Assembly (NCBI GenBank): GCA_963783575.1
Contig: CAWAOD010000006.1
Span: 32,001 to 96,000, forward strand
Direction of reading: 5' to 3'
Origin: an uncultured Spirochaetota bacterium
GTDB taxonomy: Bacteria; Spirochaetota; Brevinematia; Brevinematales; JAOACQ01
Length of the DNA stretch: 64,000 nt
A program made the position numbers and the translations under genes. Below are positions 42,969 through 52,807 of the stretch, one piece after another (the first letter of the stretch is position 1; the number at the start of each line of letters is the position of its first letter). The notes beneath the pieces were generated by a model. The model was not told where the DNA came from, searched no databases, and worked only from the letters and a program-made list of their open reading frames with translations.

Positions 42969-43670
42969 CAAAGTTCATTACAATCATCATCAACTGTGAG
43001 CTTGAATAGTTCTGCTTCAATTCCGAACAGTTCCAGTCAAAGTTCAATATCTAATATCCTGGTTGCGGAATATCTATTCAGCGGCAATGCAAACGATACA
43101 AGCGGGAATGGAAATAATGGAACGGTTTATGGCGCGGTATTAACAAATGACAGGTTTGGTAATGCTAATAAGGCTTATTCATTCAATTCCGGAGATGGAG
43201 ATTATATTGATTGCGGAAACGCTCCTAGTCTTAATTTCGATAATCAAATTTCTGTTTCGATATGGATGTTTCCAAAATCATATGGTATAAGATTAATTGG
43301 CAAATCTGATAATGAACTTTCAGCAGGATGGCTTATTGATCTATTGAATGGGAATCAAATGCTGAAAGTTACAATACAACCAAGCCAACATTTATTTACA
43401 CCAACAGAAATAACTTTGAATACCTGGTATTATATTGCATTCACTTATAATAAAACTGATGGTCTGACAAAGTTATATGTAAATGGTAATTTAGTAAATC
43501 AAACTAATTTTACATCCGGAAGTATTTATTTCAATACTAAATTAACTATTGGCACTTTTACCAGTTCTGGTATTTCATATTTTAACGGTTTTGAAGATGA
43601 TATCAGAATTTATAATCGGGTTTTAAGCGATTCTGAAATCCAAGCTTTATATCATGAGGGTGGGTGGTAA
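42768..43670 (+). CDS. Lipoprotein A: head 1 + Ser linker + LamG alpha
   Basis: TTG start after AAGGAG, aligned with ATG of 43778; lipobox ISGC; LamG near-identical to that of 32098. Confidence 0.87.
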   Translation: MRKNPIGIFFIIIIIGIIFLFISGCDLIKETFDSELEKLSSQSSSISETSSSTGNISSSASIPGSSSQSSLQSSSTVSLNSSASIPNSSSQSSISNILVAEYLFSGNANDTSGNGNNGTVYGAVLTNDRFGNANKAYSFNSGDGDYIDCGNAPSLNFDNQISVSIWMFPKSYGIRLIGKSDNELSAGWLIDLLNGNQMLKVTIQPSQHLFTPTEITLNTWYYIAFTYNKTDGLTKLYVNGNLVNQTNFTSGSIYFNTKLTIGTFTSSGISYFNGFEDDIRIYNRVLSDSEIQALYHEGGW

Positions 43671-43777
43671 TATTTACAAAAGAACTACTGACAACTAACT
43701 CAGGAATTTTTTTATAATACTTATAAATTGTTAATTATTTTGAACATAGAAGCAAAATAAAGGTCATAGAGGAATAA

Positions 43778-45395
43778 ATGAGAAAAAATTCAATTGGAAT
43801 ATTTTTTATAATAATTATAATAGGAATTATTTTTTTATTCATATCAGGCTGTGATCTTATAAAGGAAACATTTGATTCGGAATTGGAAAAACTTTCATCA
43901 CAATCATCATCAATTTCTGAACCTTCTTCCTCAACCGGAAATATTAGCAGTTCTGCTTCAATTCCGGGCAGTTCCAGTACAAGCTCATTTTCGAGCTCCA
44001 GTCAAAGTTCAATATCTAACAGCCTGGTTGCAGAATATCTATTCAACGGCAATGCAAACGATTACAGTGGTTATGGAAACAATGGAGTTCTGAATAATAT
44101 TACATTTGTCTCTGACCGTTTCGGGAATCCAAATGGCACAGCACATTTTGCCGGAAATGTTAATAGTTATATCAATTGTTCAGCTAATATTTAGTAACTA
44201 TCTTACAAATCAAATAACAATTTCCTTCTGGTTCAGGACAGCCGCATATGCTAGTCAGGCAATTCTTGGTAAATACGGTAATGATCAATCCGGCGGATTT
44301 AGATTTGCCGAATTATCCGATGGGACGGTGTTCTTTGGAGTTGCAAATGGAGCGGATCATTTTTTAACTAATACCAATGGGCCTTTTTCGTTAAATAATT
44401 ACCATCATATAGTTGGGGTTTATAATAAGTCAACAGGGTATTTCGCGCTTTATATTGATGATGTAATAACGGTTGGAACAGCCTATACTACAGGCAATTT
44501 GAACTATACACCGCAACCGACAAACCCGGATTGTGCAAATTTTGAGCTTGGAAGAATATGGTCTTCTGGCGTGAATTTTGAGATAGTACCAGTTGATATT
44601 GATGATGTCCGGGTTTATAACAGGGCATTATCTGACAATGAAATTCAAGCTCTTTATCATGAGGGGGGCTGGGCTTCAGCCAGCAGCTCCAGCAGTTCTT
44701 CCAGTTCTATAAATTCATCATATAATTCTTCATCCGCTGCCTCAATATCAACCAATACACTTTTGGCTGAATATTTATTTAACGGGAACGTGAATGATAC
44801 AAGCGGGAATGGGAATAACGGGATAGTTCATGGCGCGGTATTAACAAATGACAGGTTTGGAAATGCTAATCAGGCTTATTATTTTAATGGAAATAACAAT
44901 ATTACCATCGCAGGCACTAACCTTGATTCACAGATAATTACATATTCAGCCTGGGTAAATCTCAGCCAGATTGAATCTCAGCAGGCTGTTTTGTGCCAGG
45001 CGTCAGCGACAAACGATATGGATGCCAGCAATGCGACACATTATATGTCAATTTATGATAATACCAGAATACATTTAGGTATAAGAAATACTGACGGAAG
45101 CTGGGGAAGATACAATTTGTGGAATGCCGGAATTACAATTTCAACAAACACCTGGTATCATATTGTGGCTATTCAGGATCCTATAAATGGTTTCCAGAAG
45201 GTTTACCTAAATGGTATAATATTGAGCAATATTACAATCTCAAACGGTAAATATCCCGGTGTAACCGCTTATACTTTTTTAGGTTCTTCATATAACGGAT
45301 ATTTTTTTAACGGAATTTTAGATGACATTCGAATTTATAATTACACATTGAGTGATTATGAAATCCAGGCTTTATATCATGAGGGAGGGTGGTAA
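43778..45395 (+). CDS. Lipoprotein B: head 1 + LamG beta + Ser linker + LamG gamma; 1-nt insertion at 44190-44192
   Basis: AATATTTAGT versus AATATCAGT in the paralog at 45602; two EIQALYHEGGW modules. Confidence 0.85.
44047..44672 (+). repeat. LamG-beta duplication (second copy 46093-46717)
   Basis: Long stretches of nucleotide identity between the copies. Confidence 0.92.
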
Positions 45396-45462
45396 GTTTT
45401 AAACTGTTATTTAATTAAAAGATAATCTTACTGTAAATAATAATTTTAGTATAAGCATATAC

Positions 45463-45494
45463 TTCGAATATTATATATATATATAATATTCGAA
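45463..45494. repeat. Perfect 32-bp AT-rich palindrome
   Basis: TTCGAATATTATATATATATATAATATTCGAA equals its own reverse complement. Confidence 0.85.
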
Positions 45495-45601
45495 ATTAAT
45501 AAAATTTATATAATTAGATTATATAAAATTATGAACAACATAAAATTCAGTATCTCTATAAAATAGTAGCGTTACTATACAATTTTATTAGGAGGAAATA
45601 T

Positions 45602-46726
45602 ATGACAAAATCTTTTCGTAGTTGCTTATTTTGTAGTTTCATGGTTCTGCTTTTTGCGGGATGTTCATTAAATTTATCATCAACGGGTGCATCTAGTGGT
45701 TCTAAGCAACAAGTAAGTCCAACACAAGATGGAGCTTCCTTAACAATTAATTTATTAGGTTCTGATTCAGTTAAAAGTAAGAGCGTTATTAATGTTCAGT
45801 CCAATCAAATCATCGGTGCAACTCTGTCTCTGGTCGGCGGCTACAATAGTTATAATACAAATTGGGTACCAGGCCAAGCATATTCATATGTATTCCAAGC
45901 GCTTTCTACCGCCGCTTACACGCTAACAATTACCGATTGGGACAATGCCGGACATACAAACACAGCCAATGCTGTAATAAATATACAAAATGGGTATAAT
46001 TACAGTATAAATGTTCAGCTTGGAGGTCAGATTTACATAAATCCGGTAAGCAATGTTCCTATCTCTAATTTAATAGCCGAATATGTCTTAAGCGGCAATG
46101 CAAACGATTACAGTGGTTATGTAAACAATGGAGTTCTAAATAATATTACATTTGTCTCTGACCGTTTCGGGAATCCAAATAGCGCCGCACATTTTACTGG
46201 AAATGTTAATAGTTATATTAATTGTTCAGCTAATATCAGTAACTATCTTACAAATCAAATAACAGTTTCCTTCTGGTTCAGAACAGCCACATATACTAAT
46301 CAGGCTATTCTTGGTAAATATGGGAATGATCAAAGTGGAGGATTTAGATTTGCCGAAATTTCAAATGGGTATGTGTTCTTTGGTGTTGCAAATGGAGCGG
46401 ATCATTTTTTAACTAATACCAATGGGCCTTTTTCGTTAAATAATTATCATCATATAGTTGGGGTTTATAATAAGTCAATAGGGTATTTCGCGCTTTATAT
46501 TGATGATGTAATAACGGTTGGAGCAGCATATACTACAGGCAATTTGAACTATACACCGCAACCGACAAACCCGGATTGTGCGAATTTTGAGCTTGGAAGA
46601 ATATGGTCTTCTGGCGTGAATTTTGAGATAGTACCAGTTGATATTGATGATGTCCGGGTTTATAACAGGGCATTAACTGACAGCGAAATCCAAGCACTTT
46701 ATCACGAGGGCGGCTGGGGTAATTGA
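45602..46726 (+). CDS. Lipoprotein C: head 2 (beta-sandwich) + LamG beta
   Basis: AGGAGG RBS; lipobox FAGC; ends EIQALYHEGGWGN. Confidence 0.88.
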   Translation: MTKSFRSCLFCSFMVLLFAGCSLNLSSTGASSGSKQQVSPTQDGASLTINLLGSDSVKSKSVINVQSNQIIGATLSLVGGYNSYNTNWVPGQAYSYVFQALSTAAYTLTITDWDNAGHTNTANAVINIQNGYNYSINVQLGGQIYINPVSNVPISNLIAEYVLSGNANDYSGYVNNGVLNNITFVSDRFGNPNSAAHFTGNVNSYINCSANISNYLTNQITVSFWFRTATYTNQAILGKYGNDQSGGFRFAEISNGYVFFGVANGADHFLTNTNGPFSLNNYHHIVGVYNKSIGYFALYIDDVITVGAAYTTGNLNYTPQPTNPDCANFELGRIWSSGVNFEIVPVDIDDVRVYNRALTDSEIQALYHEGGWGN

Positions 46727-46771
46727 TCATATTTATTGTTTATATAAAGAAAGTGACGTTACTTAAATTTC

Positions 46772-46798
46772 AAGGGGCCGTTTTATTCGGCCCCTTTT
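46772..46798 (+). terminator. Intrinsic terminator
   Basis: AAGGGGCCG/CGGCCCCTT stem followed by T tract. Confidence 0.8.
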
Positions 46799-46868
46799 AT
46801 AGATCTATCTGGTGTAATATTTATAAAAACGATCTAGCAGCGGACGATGTAAAGAATATTCCAACTGA

Positions 46869-46985
46869 TGGGGCATAACAGGCAGTGATGGTTTTGGCGC
46901 TTGTACTATAGATAATATCCAAATTTACAATTATACATTAAGCGATAATGAAATTCAGGCACTTTATCAAGAGGGTGGGTGGTAA
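46869..46985 (+). pseudogene. Headless 3' remnant of a further LamG module
   Basis: WGITGSDGFGACTIDNIQIYNYTLSDNEIQALYQEGGW*; in-frame TGA immediately upstream; no start. Confidence 0.8.
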
Positions 46986-46994
46986 GTTATACAA

Positions 46995-47026
46995 AGGGGC
47001 TTCTGATAAAAAAATCAGAAGCCCCT
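46995..47026. terminator. Probable bidirectional terminator
   Basis: Perfect 13-bp stem AGGGGCTTCTGAT/ATCAGAAGCCCCT between convergent units. Confidence 0.8.
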
Positions 47027-47031
47027 AGTAT

Positions 47032-48183
47032 TTAAATTATTTTTATAAAAGCTTCCAAAAAAATCCTGTTCCAGTCAAATTGTTTTCCCATTTCAACCGC
47101 TTTTGTCCTGAAACTATTATAATCATTTATAATCAAACTTATTTTGCCTGCAAAATCTTTAGCGGAATATTCTGTTATTAAACCTGCTTTATTATTTATG
47201 ATTGCAGTTGCGATAGGCGGTACATTTGTAAGAACAATAGGTAACCCACAGCCCAGATAGGTTTTGATTTTCCCGGGATCGGAATAAAATGTAAAATTGT
47301 TCGGGTCATCAGGGTAGTAAGGCGCTATTCCAATACCGCATCGGTATAAAATTTTAATAATTTCTCTAAAGTCCCGGACATATCCATGAATTTCAAAACA
47401 ACTCTGTAAATTCTTTTCAAGGATTTCCGATTTAATTTCTTCAAGGTATTTTCCTCCTCCGATTATGATAAATTTAAAATCGGATTTATTTTTAATCAAC
47501 TCTTCAGCGATTGGTATAAATAACTCCGCTCCTTTACTTTTATTTATATCCCCCATATAAACAATCCGGTTTTTATTATATTCTAAAGTACCGGGCTGAA
47601 CGGAAGAGTGATTCCCGTATGGTACCACATACCACTTTACCCGGGCAGGATTAAGCCTGCCTGCATTAAATCTTGCTTTTATTATACTATCATTTAGAGG
47701 CCAGACATAATCACTATTATATGAAGCGGATTTGTCCAGAGAATAATAGAGCGAATTCAGTAATGGATTGGCATATCTCACCGGTGTGTAGTCAATCATA
47801 TAATATATGACTTTTTTTAAAAGCCTGAGTTTTTTCAATAATAAGCCTATTATAGAAAGAAGATTATCACCGCCGATAAAAACATCCGTTTTCCCGCCGT
47901 ACTTAATTCCATAAAATATCCCATAAATAAAGTCTTTAATATATGAAACCGGTTCGGGTTTACTGAATCTCAGCAATGATTTTTTTCTTCTAATCAATTT
48001 CCCTTTCTTAAATATTTCTGTACTGATAAATTTTTCCTTCGTATTCCCGAATGGAAACGCAATATATACTAATTCTCCGGCTTCATTTTTGTTAAGCCAA
48101 TCCCTTAATTCCTCGGTTGCCCCGGTTGTCGCGTAATGTGAATAAATAATGACCTTTGATTTTTGTATTTCTTTTAAATTCAT
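47032..48183 (-). CDS. Glycosyltransferase family 4
   Basis: YMGDINKSKG, DPGKIKTYLGCGLPIV; GT-B pattern. Confidence 0.85.
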   Translation of the reverse strand: MNLKEIQKSKVIIYSHYATTGATEELRDWLNKNEAGELVYIAFPFGNTKEKFISTEIFKKGKLIRRKKSLLRFSKPEPVSYIKDFIYGIFYGIKYGGKTDVFIGGDNLLSIIGLLLKKLRLLKKVIYYMIDYTPVRYANPLLNSLYYSLDKSASYNSDYVWPLNDSIIKARFNAGRLNPARVKWYVVPYGNHSSVQPGTLEYNKNRIVYMGDINKSKGAELFIPIAEELIKNKSDFKFIIIGGGKYLEEIKSEILEKNLQSCFEIHGYVRDFREIIKILYRCGIGIAPYYPDDPNNFTFYSDPGKIKTYLGCGLPIVLTNVPPIATAIINNKAGLITEYSAKDFAGKISLIINDYNSFRTKAVEMGKQFDWNRIFLEAFIKII

Positions 48184-48295
48184 TTGTTCATACCGCCGTA
48201 TTTTCCTGAGTTTCACTGACACATAGTTGTCTTTTATTTTATCAATTCAATAGCGATATGTAAAGTATTTATAAAATGACTATAATTATTTTTCC

Positions 48296-48324
48296 TTGAC
48301 AAAGAAAAATAACTGTTATACGAT
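48296..48324 (+). promoter_or_regulatory. Sigma70-type promoter
   Basis: TTGACA-N17-TACGAT upstream of 48360. Confidence 0.55.
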
Positions 48325-48359
48325 TATCATTATAAGCCAAAATATCAAGGAGTTTTACA

Positions 48360-49247
48360 GTGATGTCGACAATTGATTCATTCCCAAGGGTAATTAGAAG
48401 TCCGGAAGATATGCCTGAATTTTTTAAAAGCCTGATTGTTTCATTGGATATTGATACAGACAATTTTCCATATATGATCTTTATTCCTCAAAACCGCTGG
48501 GGGTTTAGATTAGCTACCGCAAAAATATTGATTGTTCTGGAAGACAGAATTGCTGTTGCAGAAAAATCAAAGAAGGAAAGAGCGTTATTTAATTTTTATT
48601 ATAAAGATATTAATTATATTCAGAAAGGAATGCTTTTATTGCATTCCTGGATAAAGCTTAACGGGCTGGCCGAGGGAAAGTCATTGACTTCATATATTGA
48701 ATATAATACCGTAGGCGATAGGTTTTTGCAGCCTGTTATCGAAAAGGCCAGGGCTAAAATGAACGGTATAAGCCCTGTTGAAGGCCAGTATGAGAAACTT
48801 AAAATTGAAAAAGATAAATTTCTGGCTCTTATTAAAACTAATTATAAATACATGAATTTCGGGCGGGACAGCATCATCGCGGGAGAAAATGTTAATGGGA
48901 TGCTGCTGCAGCCTGAAATCAGGATAAAATATCTGCGTTTTCTTAATAAAAGGCTTACAACCCAGCATTTCAGTATATTAACCGATAAGGAACTGATTAT
49001 TATAGAGGAAAACAGTTCAATGTATTATTCGGGTTATAAAGAATACGGCGGTATATGGAATTATATTCCACTGCATAAATTGGAGAATCTTGATCTAAAT
49101 AATGTTGCTGGTAAAATTGACCTGTTAAACCTGATTTTTTCAATTACCGGCGGCAATAAAATCAATTTAATAAATTCCCCGGATAATAAAAATTGTATCG
49201 AGGACTTTATCAAGAAAATCGAATGCAGCAAAAATTCATTATGCTGA
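48360..49247 (+). CDS. Hypothetical protein
   Basis: 295-aa ORF with AAGGAG RBS and promoter. Confidence 0.7.
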   Translation: MMSTIDSFPRVIRSPEDMPEFFKSLIVSLDIDTDNFPYMIFIPQNRWGFRLATAKILIVLEDRIAVAEKSKKERALFNFYYKDINYIQKGMLLLHSWIKLNGLAEGKSLTSYIEYNTVGDRFLQPVIEKARAKMNGISPVEGQYEKLKIEKDKFLALIKTNYKYMNFGRDSIIAGENVNGMLLQPEIRIKYLRFLNKRLTTQHFSILTDKELIIIEENSSMYYSGYKEYGGIWNYIPLHKLENLDLNNVAGKIDLLNLIFSITGGNKINLINSPDNKNCIEDFIKKIECSKNSLC

Positions 49248-49262
49248 TCAATAAAAAAACAG

Positions 49263-49988
49263 CTATTCACCAACGCTGATTTTTTTTATGTAAATTGTAT
49301 TTACAATATTGCCGACTTCATCGCTGTATTGATCGCGGTTATTCGGATCGGTTTTCCATTCCCCGTCCACAACAAAACAATAAGTGTGCAATCCCGGTTT
49401 GAGGCTTATTTTTATATAGAATTCCCCGGCGCCTTTATTTGTCATTGAAAGGTTGAAGGGATTCCAGTTATTGAAATCACCGACCAGAAAAACATCCCTG
49501 GCTGTTGTACTGTCATATTTGAAAAGGTAGGTGCCGTTTTCCAGCCATAATGGATACTTCGCATACGGAATAAAATCATCTTTCAATTCAAAATAAGAAA
49601 CCTCCTGTCCGCTGTCATCAATTGTAAAATTCGTGTTGTTAGGGTCATTTATCCAGATTTCGTCTACAATAAGCTTATACTGATATACTCCCTTTGAAAG
49701 TCTTTTATCCCAGGCGAATATCCAGAAATTGGTTTCTTTTTCCTCCATCGGAAGATAATGCTTCCAGGAATTGAAATTCCCTGACACATAGACCTTTGAG
49801 GCTTTTTCCTTGAAGAAAAAAACTATTGAATCTTCCATAACAATAGGAGAATTGATCCAGTAATCCATATTTTTAGTCAGCTTTTGCAGCTCAGCTTCCT
49901 TACTAAGGTAATCCTTGTTTATCTTAACCGTTTCGGCGTTGATAATCCCGCTCATTATGAACACAAATATTAAAATAATCTTAATCAT
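49263..49988 (-). CDS. Secreted protein with two CBM48/AMPK-like glycogen-binding domains
   Basis: VSGNFNSW..YQYKLIVDEIWINDPNN and LVGDFNNW..YCFVVDGEWKTDPNN; signal peptide. Confidence 0.85.
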   Translation of the reverse strand: MIKIILIFVFIMSGIINAETVKINKDYLSKEAELQKLTKNMDYWINSPIVMEDSIVFFFKEKASKVYVSGNFNSWKHYLPMEEKETNFWIFAWDKRLSKGVYQYKLIVDEIWINDPNNTNFTIDDSGQEVSYFELKDDFIPYAKYPLWLENGTYLFKYDSTTARDVFLVGDFNNWNPFNLSMTNKGAGEFYIKISLKPGLHTYCFVVDGEWKTDPNNRDQYSDEVGNIVNTIYIKKISVGE

Positions 49989-50040
49989 TTTATAATCCTG
50001 ATCTTTTTATTGTAATTCCAGCCGAACTAAATGCGATACA

Positions 50041-50820
50041 TTATAATTTATCGGGATAAATTTCACCTACATTATTAAAAACAAAATCCGGCCTATAAGG
50101 AAATTGCCCGATTGTCTCCAGTGACGTAACACCCGATAGAACAAGGCAGGTTGTCATCCCTGCCTCGAGGCCCGCCACGATATCGGTATCCATGCGGTCT
50201 CCTATCATTACCGTTTCCGATGAGTGGGCCCAGCTTTTCCTCGCGAACATCATCATAAGCGCGTTCGGCTTTCCGATCACATAGGGTTTTCTGCCCGACG
50301 CTGTTTCAACAGCCGCCAGAATGCTTCCACAGGCAGGTTCGAGACCGTCTTCCGAAGGATCTACCGTATCCGGATTTGTCGCCAGGAACCTTGCCCCTTT
50401 CCTGATCAGATTGGCTGACTTTTTCAGCATATCAAAATTAAAGCCTGTCGTTCTGCCCACAACCACATAATCCGGGTTGCTTTCGGTGATTTTGTATCCT
50501 ATCCTTTCAATTTCGGATTTAAGCCCTTCCTCGCCGATCACATAGGCGCTGCCGTCAGGCTTCTGAGCATGCAGGAATGATGCCGTAGATTGAGCCGATG
50601 TCATAAAATTCTCTTCCGATAATCCGTCCACGCCCATTGATTCCAGCCTTTTTTTTAATTCCAGCGGCGTCAATTCCGAATTATTGGTTAAAAAAAGGAA
50701 TTTTGTCTCAGTTTCTTTTAGCCGCTTCACGAATATCCTTGCACCTTCAATTAATTCCCTGCCCCTGTATAAAACCCCATCCATATCGGAGAGGACGCAT
50801 TTTTTAATATTTGAACTCAT
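50041..50820 (-). CDS. nagD: HAD-IIA hydrolase, NagD family
   Basis: DMDGVL, LTNNS, ATNPD, GKP, IGDRMDTDI. Confidence 0.85.
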   Translation of the reverse strand: MSSNIKKCVLSDMDGVLYRGRELIEGARIFVKRLKETETKFLFLTNNSELTPLELKKRLESMGVDGLSEENFMTSAQSTASFLHAQKPDGSAYVIGEEGLKSEIERIGYKITESNPDYVVVGRTTGFNFDMLKKSANLIRKGARFLATNPDTVDPSEDGLEPACGSILAAVETASGRKPYVIGKPNALMMMFARKSWAHSSETVMIGDRMDTDIVAGLEAGMTTCLVLSGVTSLETIGQFPYRPDFVFNNVGEIYPDKL

Positions 50821-51315
50821 TTACTTTTCCTTTTCAATATCCCCTTTGCCGGATATTTCTGAGATATTTAATTTAAGTATCATTGTGCTTTTAAATATTT
50901 TTGAGTCATAAACAAAACTTTCTCTCCTGGAATAATGCTTCATTATGCTATTCATGCCCAGTAGTTTTTCATTTTCATCCGTTATAATCTCAATTGCACC
51001 CATTCCGGTAACACTGCGGTAGTTCATTCCACAATTGCATCCAATTCCTTCGATCATCAGCTCATGATCTATATCCATCTGGAAGCAGACAAAATTATTT
51101 TTCCTGATAAGATCAATTTTCCTGCCTGCATTCGCGCAATGGAAATAAAGGACTGCCAGACCATTCTGCTGATTTTCATTCCTGGTATATCCGAAGTTCA
51201 AAGCAACGATATACGGTGTATTGTTATCCGCGAAAGCAAGGCGGCATGTATCCGCTTTTTCAATGATCGCTAAAATTTCTTCAGGGTTCTTGATTTCCCT
51301 GTCGATTCTCCGCAT
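50821..51315 (-). CDS. Pyridoxamine 5'-phosphate oxidase-like flavoprotein (NimA-like)
   Basis: MRRIDREI, PYIVALNFGY, YFHCA..GRK, YRSV. Confidence 0.88.
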   Translation of the reverse strand: MRRIDREIKNPEEILAIIEKADTCRLAFADNNTPYIVALNFGYTRNENQQNGLAVLYFHCANAGRKIDLIRKNNFVCFQMDIDHELMIEGIGCNCGMNYRSVTGMGAIEIITDENEKLLGMNSIMKHYSRRESFVYDSKIFKSTMILKLNISEISGKGDIEKEK

Positions 51316-51337
51316 TTTATTATCCTCAAATATTTAT

Positions 51338-51781
51338 TTATGGTTCAAGAAGATCAAAACCCGTGATTTTATCTTTAAGCCTTACAGCCCTGGTGTCCGT
51401 CAGCTCAAAAACAATTACTTCAAGAATGTGCCAGACCCGAACTCCTTTTCTTACACAGCCGGTTAAGGCCGATTTTTCCCTGCCGAAGGCGGCATGCATA
51501 TGCAAAACCGGTTTTCCTGTTTTATCCGGGAAAATTGTCCCCGTTCCCGTCATTTCGTGAACATTATCCAATATTATCTCCATCGGGTTAATAACTTTTG
51601 CCCGGCCGTCCTCCGGCCCGACAACAAGCCTGCTGACTTTATCGGCTCCGCCCAGGGCGATAACCGCCGCCGCAGTGATGGACTTTTCAACCGCGAATTT
51701 TTCGATTTCCTCATGGATAATGTCCCCGTCTTCCAGACGTATTATAAAAATCCTTCCCTGTTTTGCTTCCGAATATTTCAT
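51338..51781 (-). CDS. PPC/DUF296 domain protein
   Basis: IRLEDGD, LHMHAAFG, LEV. Confidence 0.85.
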   Translation of the reverse strand: MKYSEAKQGRIFIIRLEDGDIIHEEIEKFAVEKSITAAAVIALGGADKVSRLVVGPEDGRAKVINPMEIILDNVHEMTGTGTIFPDKTGKPVLHMHAAFGREKSALTGCVRKGVRVWHILEVIVFELTDTRAVRLKDKITGFDLLEP

Positions 51782-52563
51782 TCAAAATTCCCCGCTAAAA
51801 GTATCTGATATTTCTGTAGGATTTCCTGTTCGACTACTTTATTCCCGCTGATATAATATGTTATTGTACCCGGTAAAACCGTATTATTGATTAATCCCCG
51901 GGTTTCCAGAATATTTTTCAGATTCCTCACCGTTCCGAAGCTCCCATCGATAATGTCCATATCCGGCGGTAGAAATTTTTTCAAAATGCTTTTGTAAAAA
52001 TTATAATGCGTGCATCCCAATACAACGGTACCATAAAGTTCAAGATTAAAATCCGAAAATTTATCTCTGAAATACGGTAATATAATTTCCCCGTCAAATA
52101 TGAATTTTTCGGCATATTCCACGAGCTCGGGAAGCGCCAGCGAGTCTACAAGATGCCTGTTATCGACCCTTGCAACAAGATCCTGGAATTTTTCCTCCTT
52201 TAAGGTTAATGGAGTAGCAAGTACAAGCACTCTTTTATTGCTTCCGTTTTTCTCAACGGCAGGCTTTACGGCAGGTTCCATCCCAATGACCGGAAAGCTG
52301 TATGTTTCCCTTAATTCCTTTATCGCGGCGCTTGCCGCGGTATTACAGGCCACAACCAGAGCTTTTATGCCCGATTGAACCATAAATTTTACCGCATTGA
52401 GTATATACCCTTTAACTTCATCCCTGTTTTTTGTTCCATAAGGAGCATGAAGACTATCGCCGTAATATATATAATTTTCGAAAGGTAATATTTTGAGCGA
52501 TTCCCTTAGAACATTGATCCCGCCGATTCCTGAATCAAAAAAACCTATACTTATAGATTCCAT
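51778..52563 (-). CDS. murI: Glutamate racemase
   Basis: FFDSGIGG, PYGTK, ACNTA, LGCTHY. Confidence 0.95.
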   Translation of the reverse strand: MESISIGFFDSGIGGINVLRESLKILPFENYIYYGDSLHAPYGTKNRDEVKGYILNAVKFMVQSGIKALVVACNTAASAAIKELRETYSFPVIGMEPAVKPAVEKNGSNKRVLVLATPLTLKEEKFQDLVARVDNRHLVDSLALPELVEYAEKFIFDGEIILPYFRDKFSDFNLELYGTVVLGCTHYNFYKSILKKFLPPDMDIIDGSFGTVRNLKNILETRGLINNTVLPGTITYYISGNKVVEQEILQKYQILLAGNFE

Positions 52564-52807
52564 CAGAATTAAAATCCTTTTTCCGAAATTGAAAGCCCGG
52601 CTTACCGGATTTCCTATAAGACATACCCGGAACTGAGCCATGAAAAATTATGTCCATGACAAGGGAAAACTTGTTATTGCAGACAATAATATTGTAAATG
52701 CCTGTTTTTGTCAAAAAACAGAGAAATCCAAACTGACTGTCAAATAAAGAATTGACAATACGGTTTTGCCCGTTATCATGTATCAAGAATTGAAAAGGAG
52801 AAGATAG

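Noticed and set aside
44047..46717. Diversity-generating retroelement (TR/VR) behind the LamG repeats
   Set aside because: Mismatches occur at all four bases and many are synonymous; both copies are coding; no reverse transcriptase in the window
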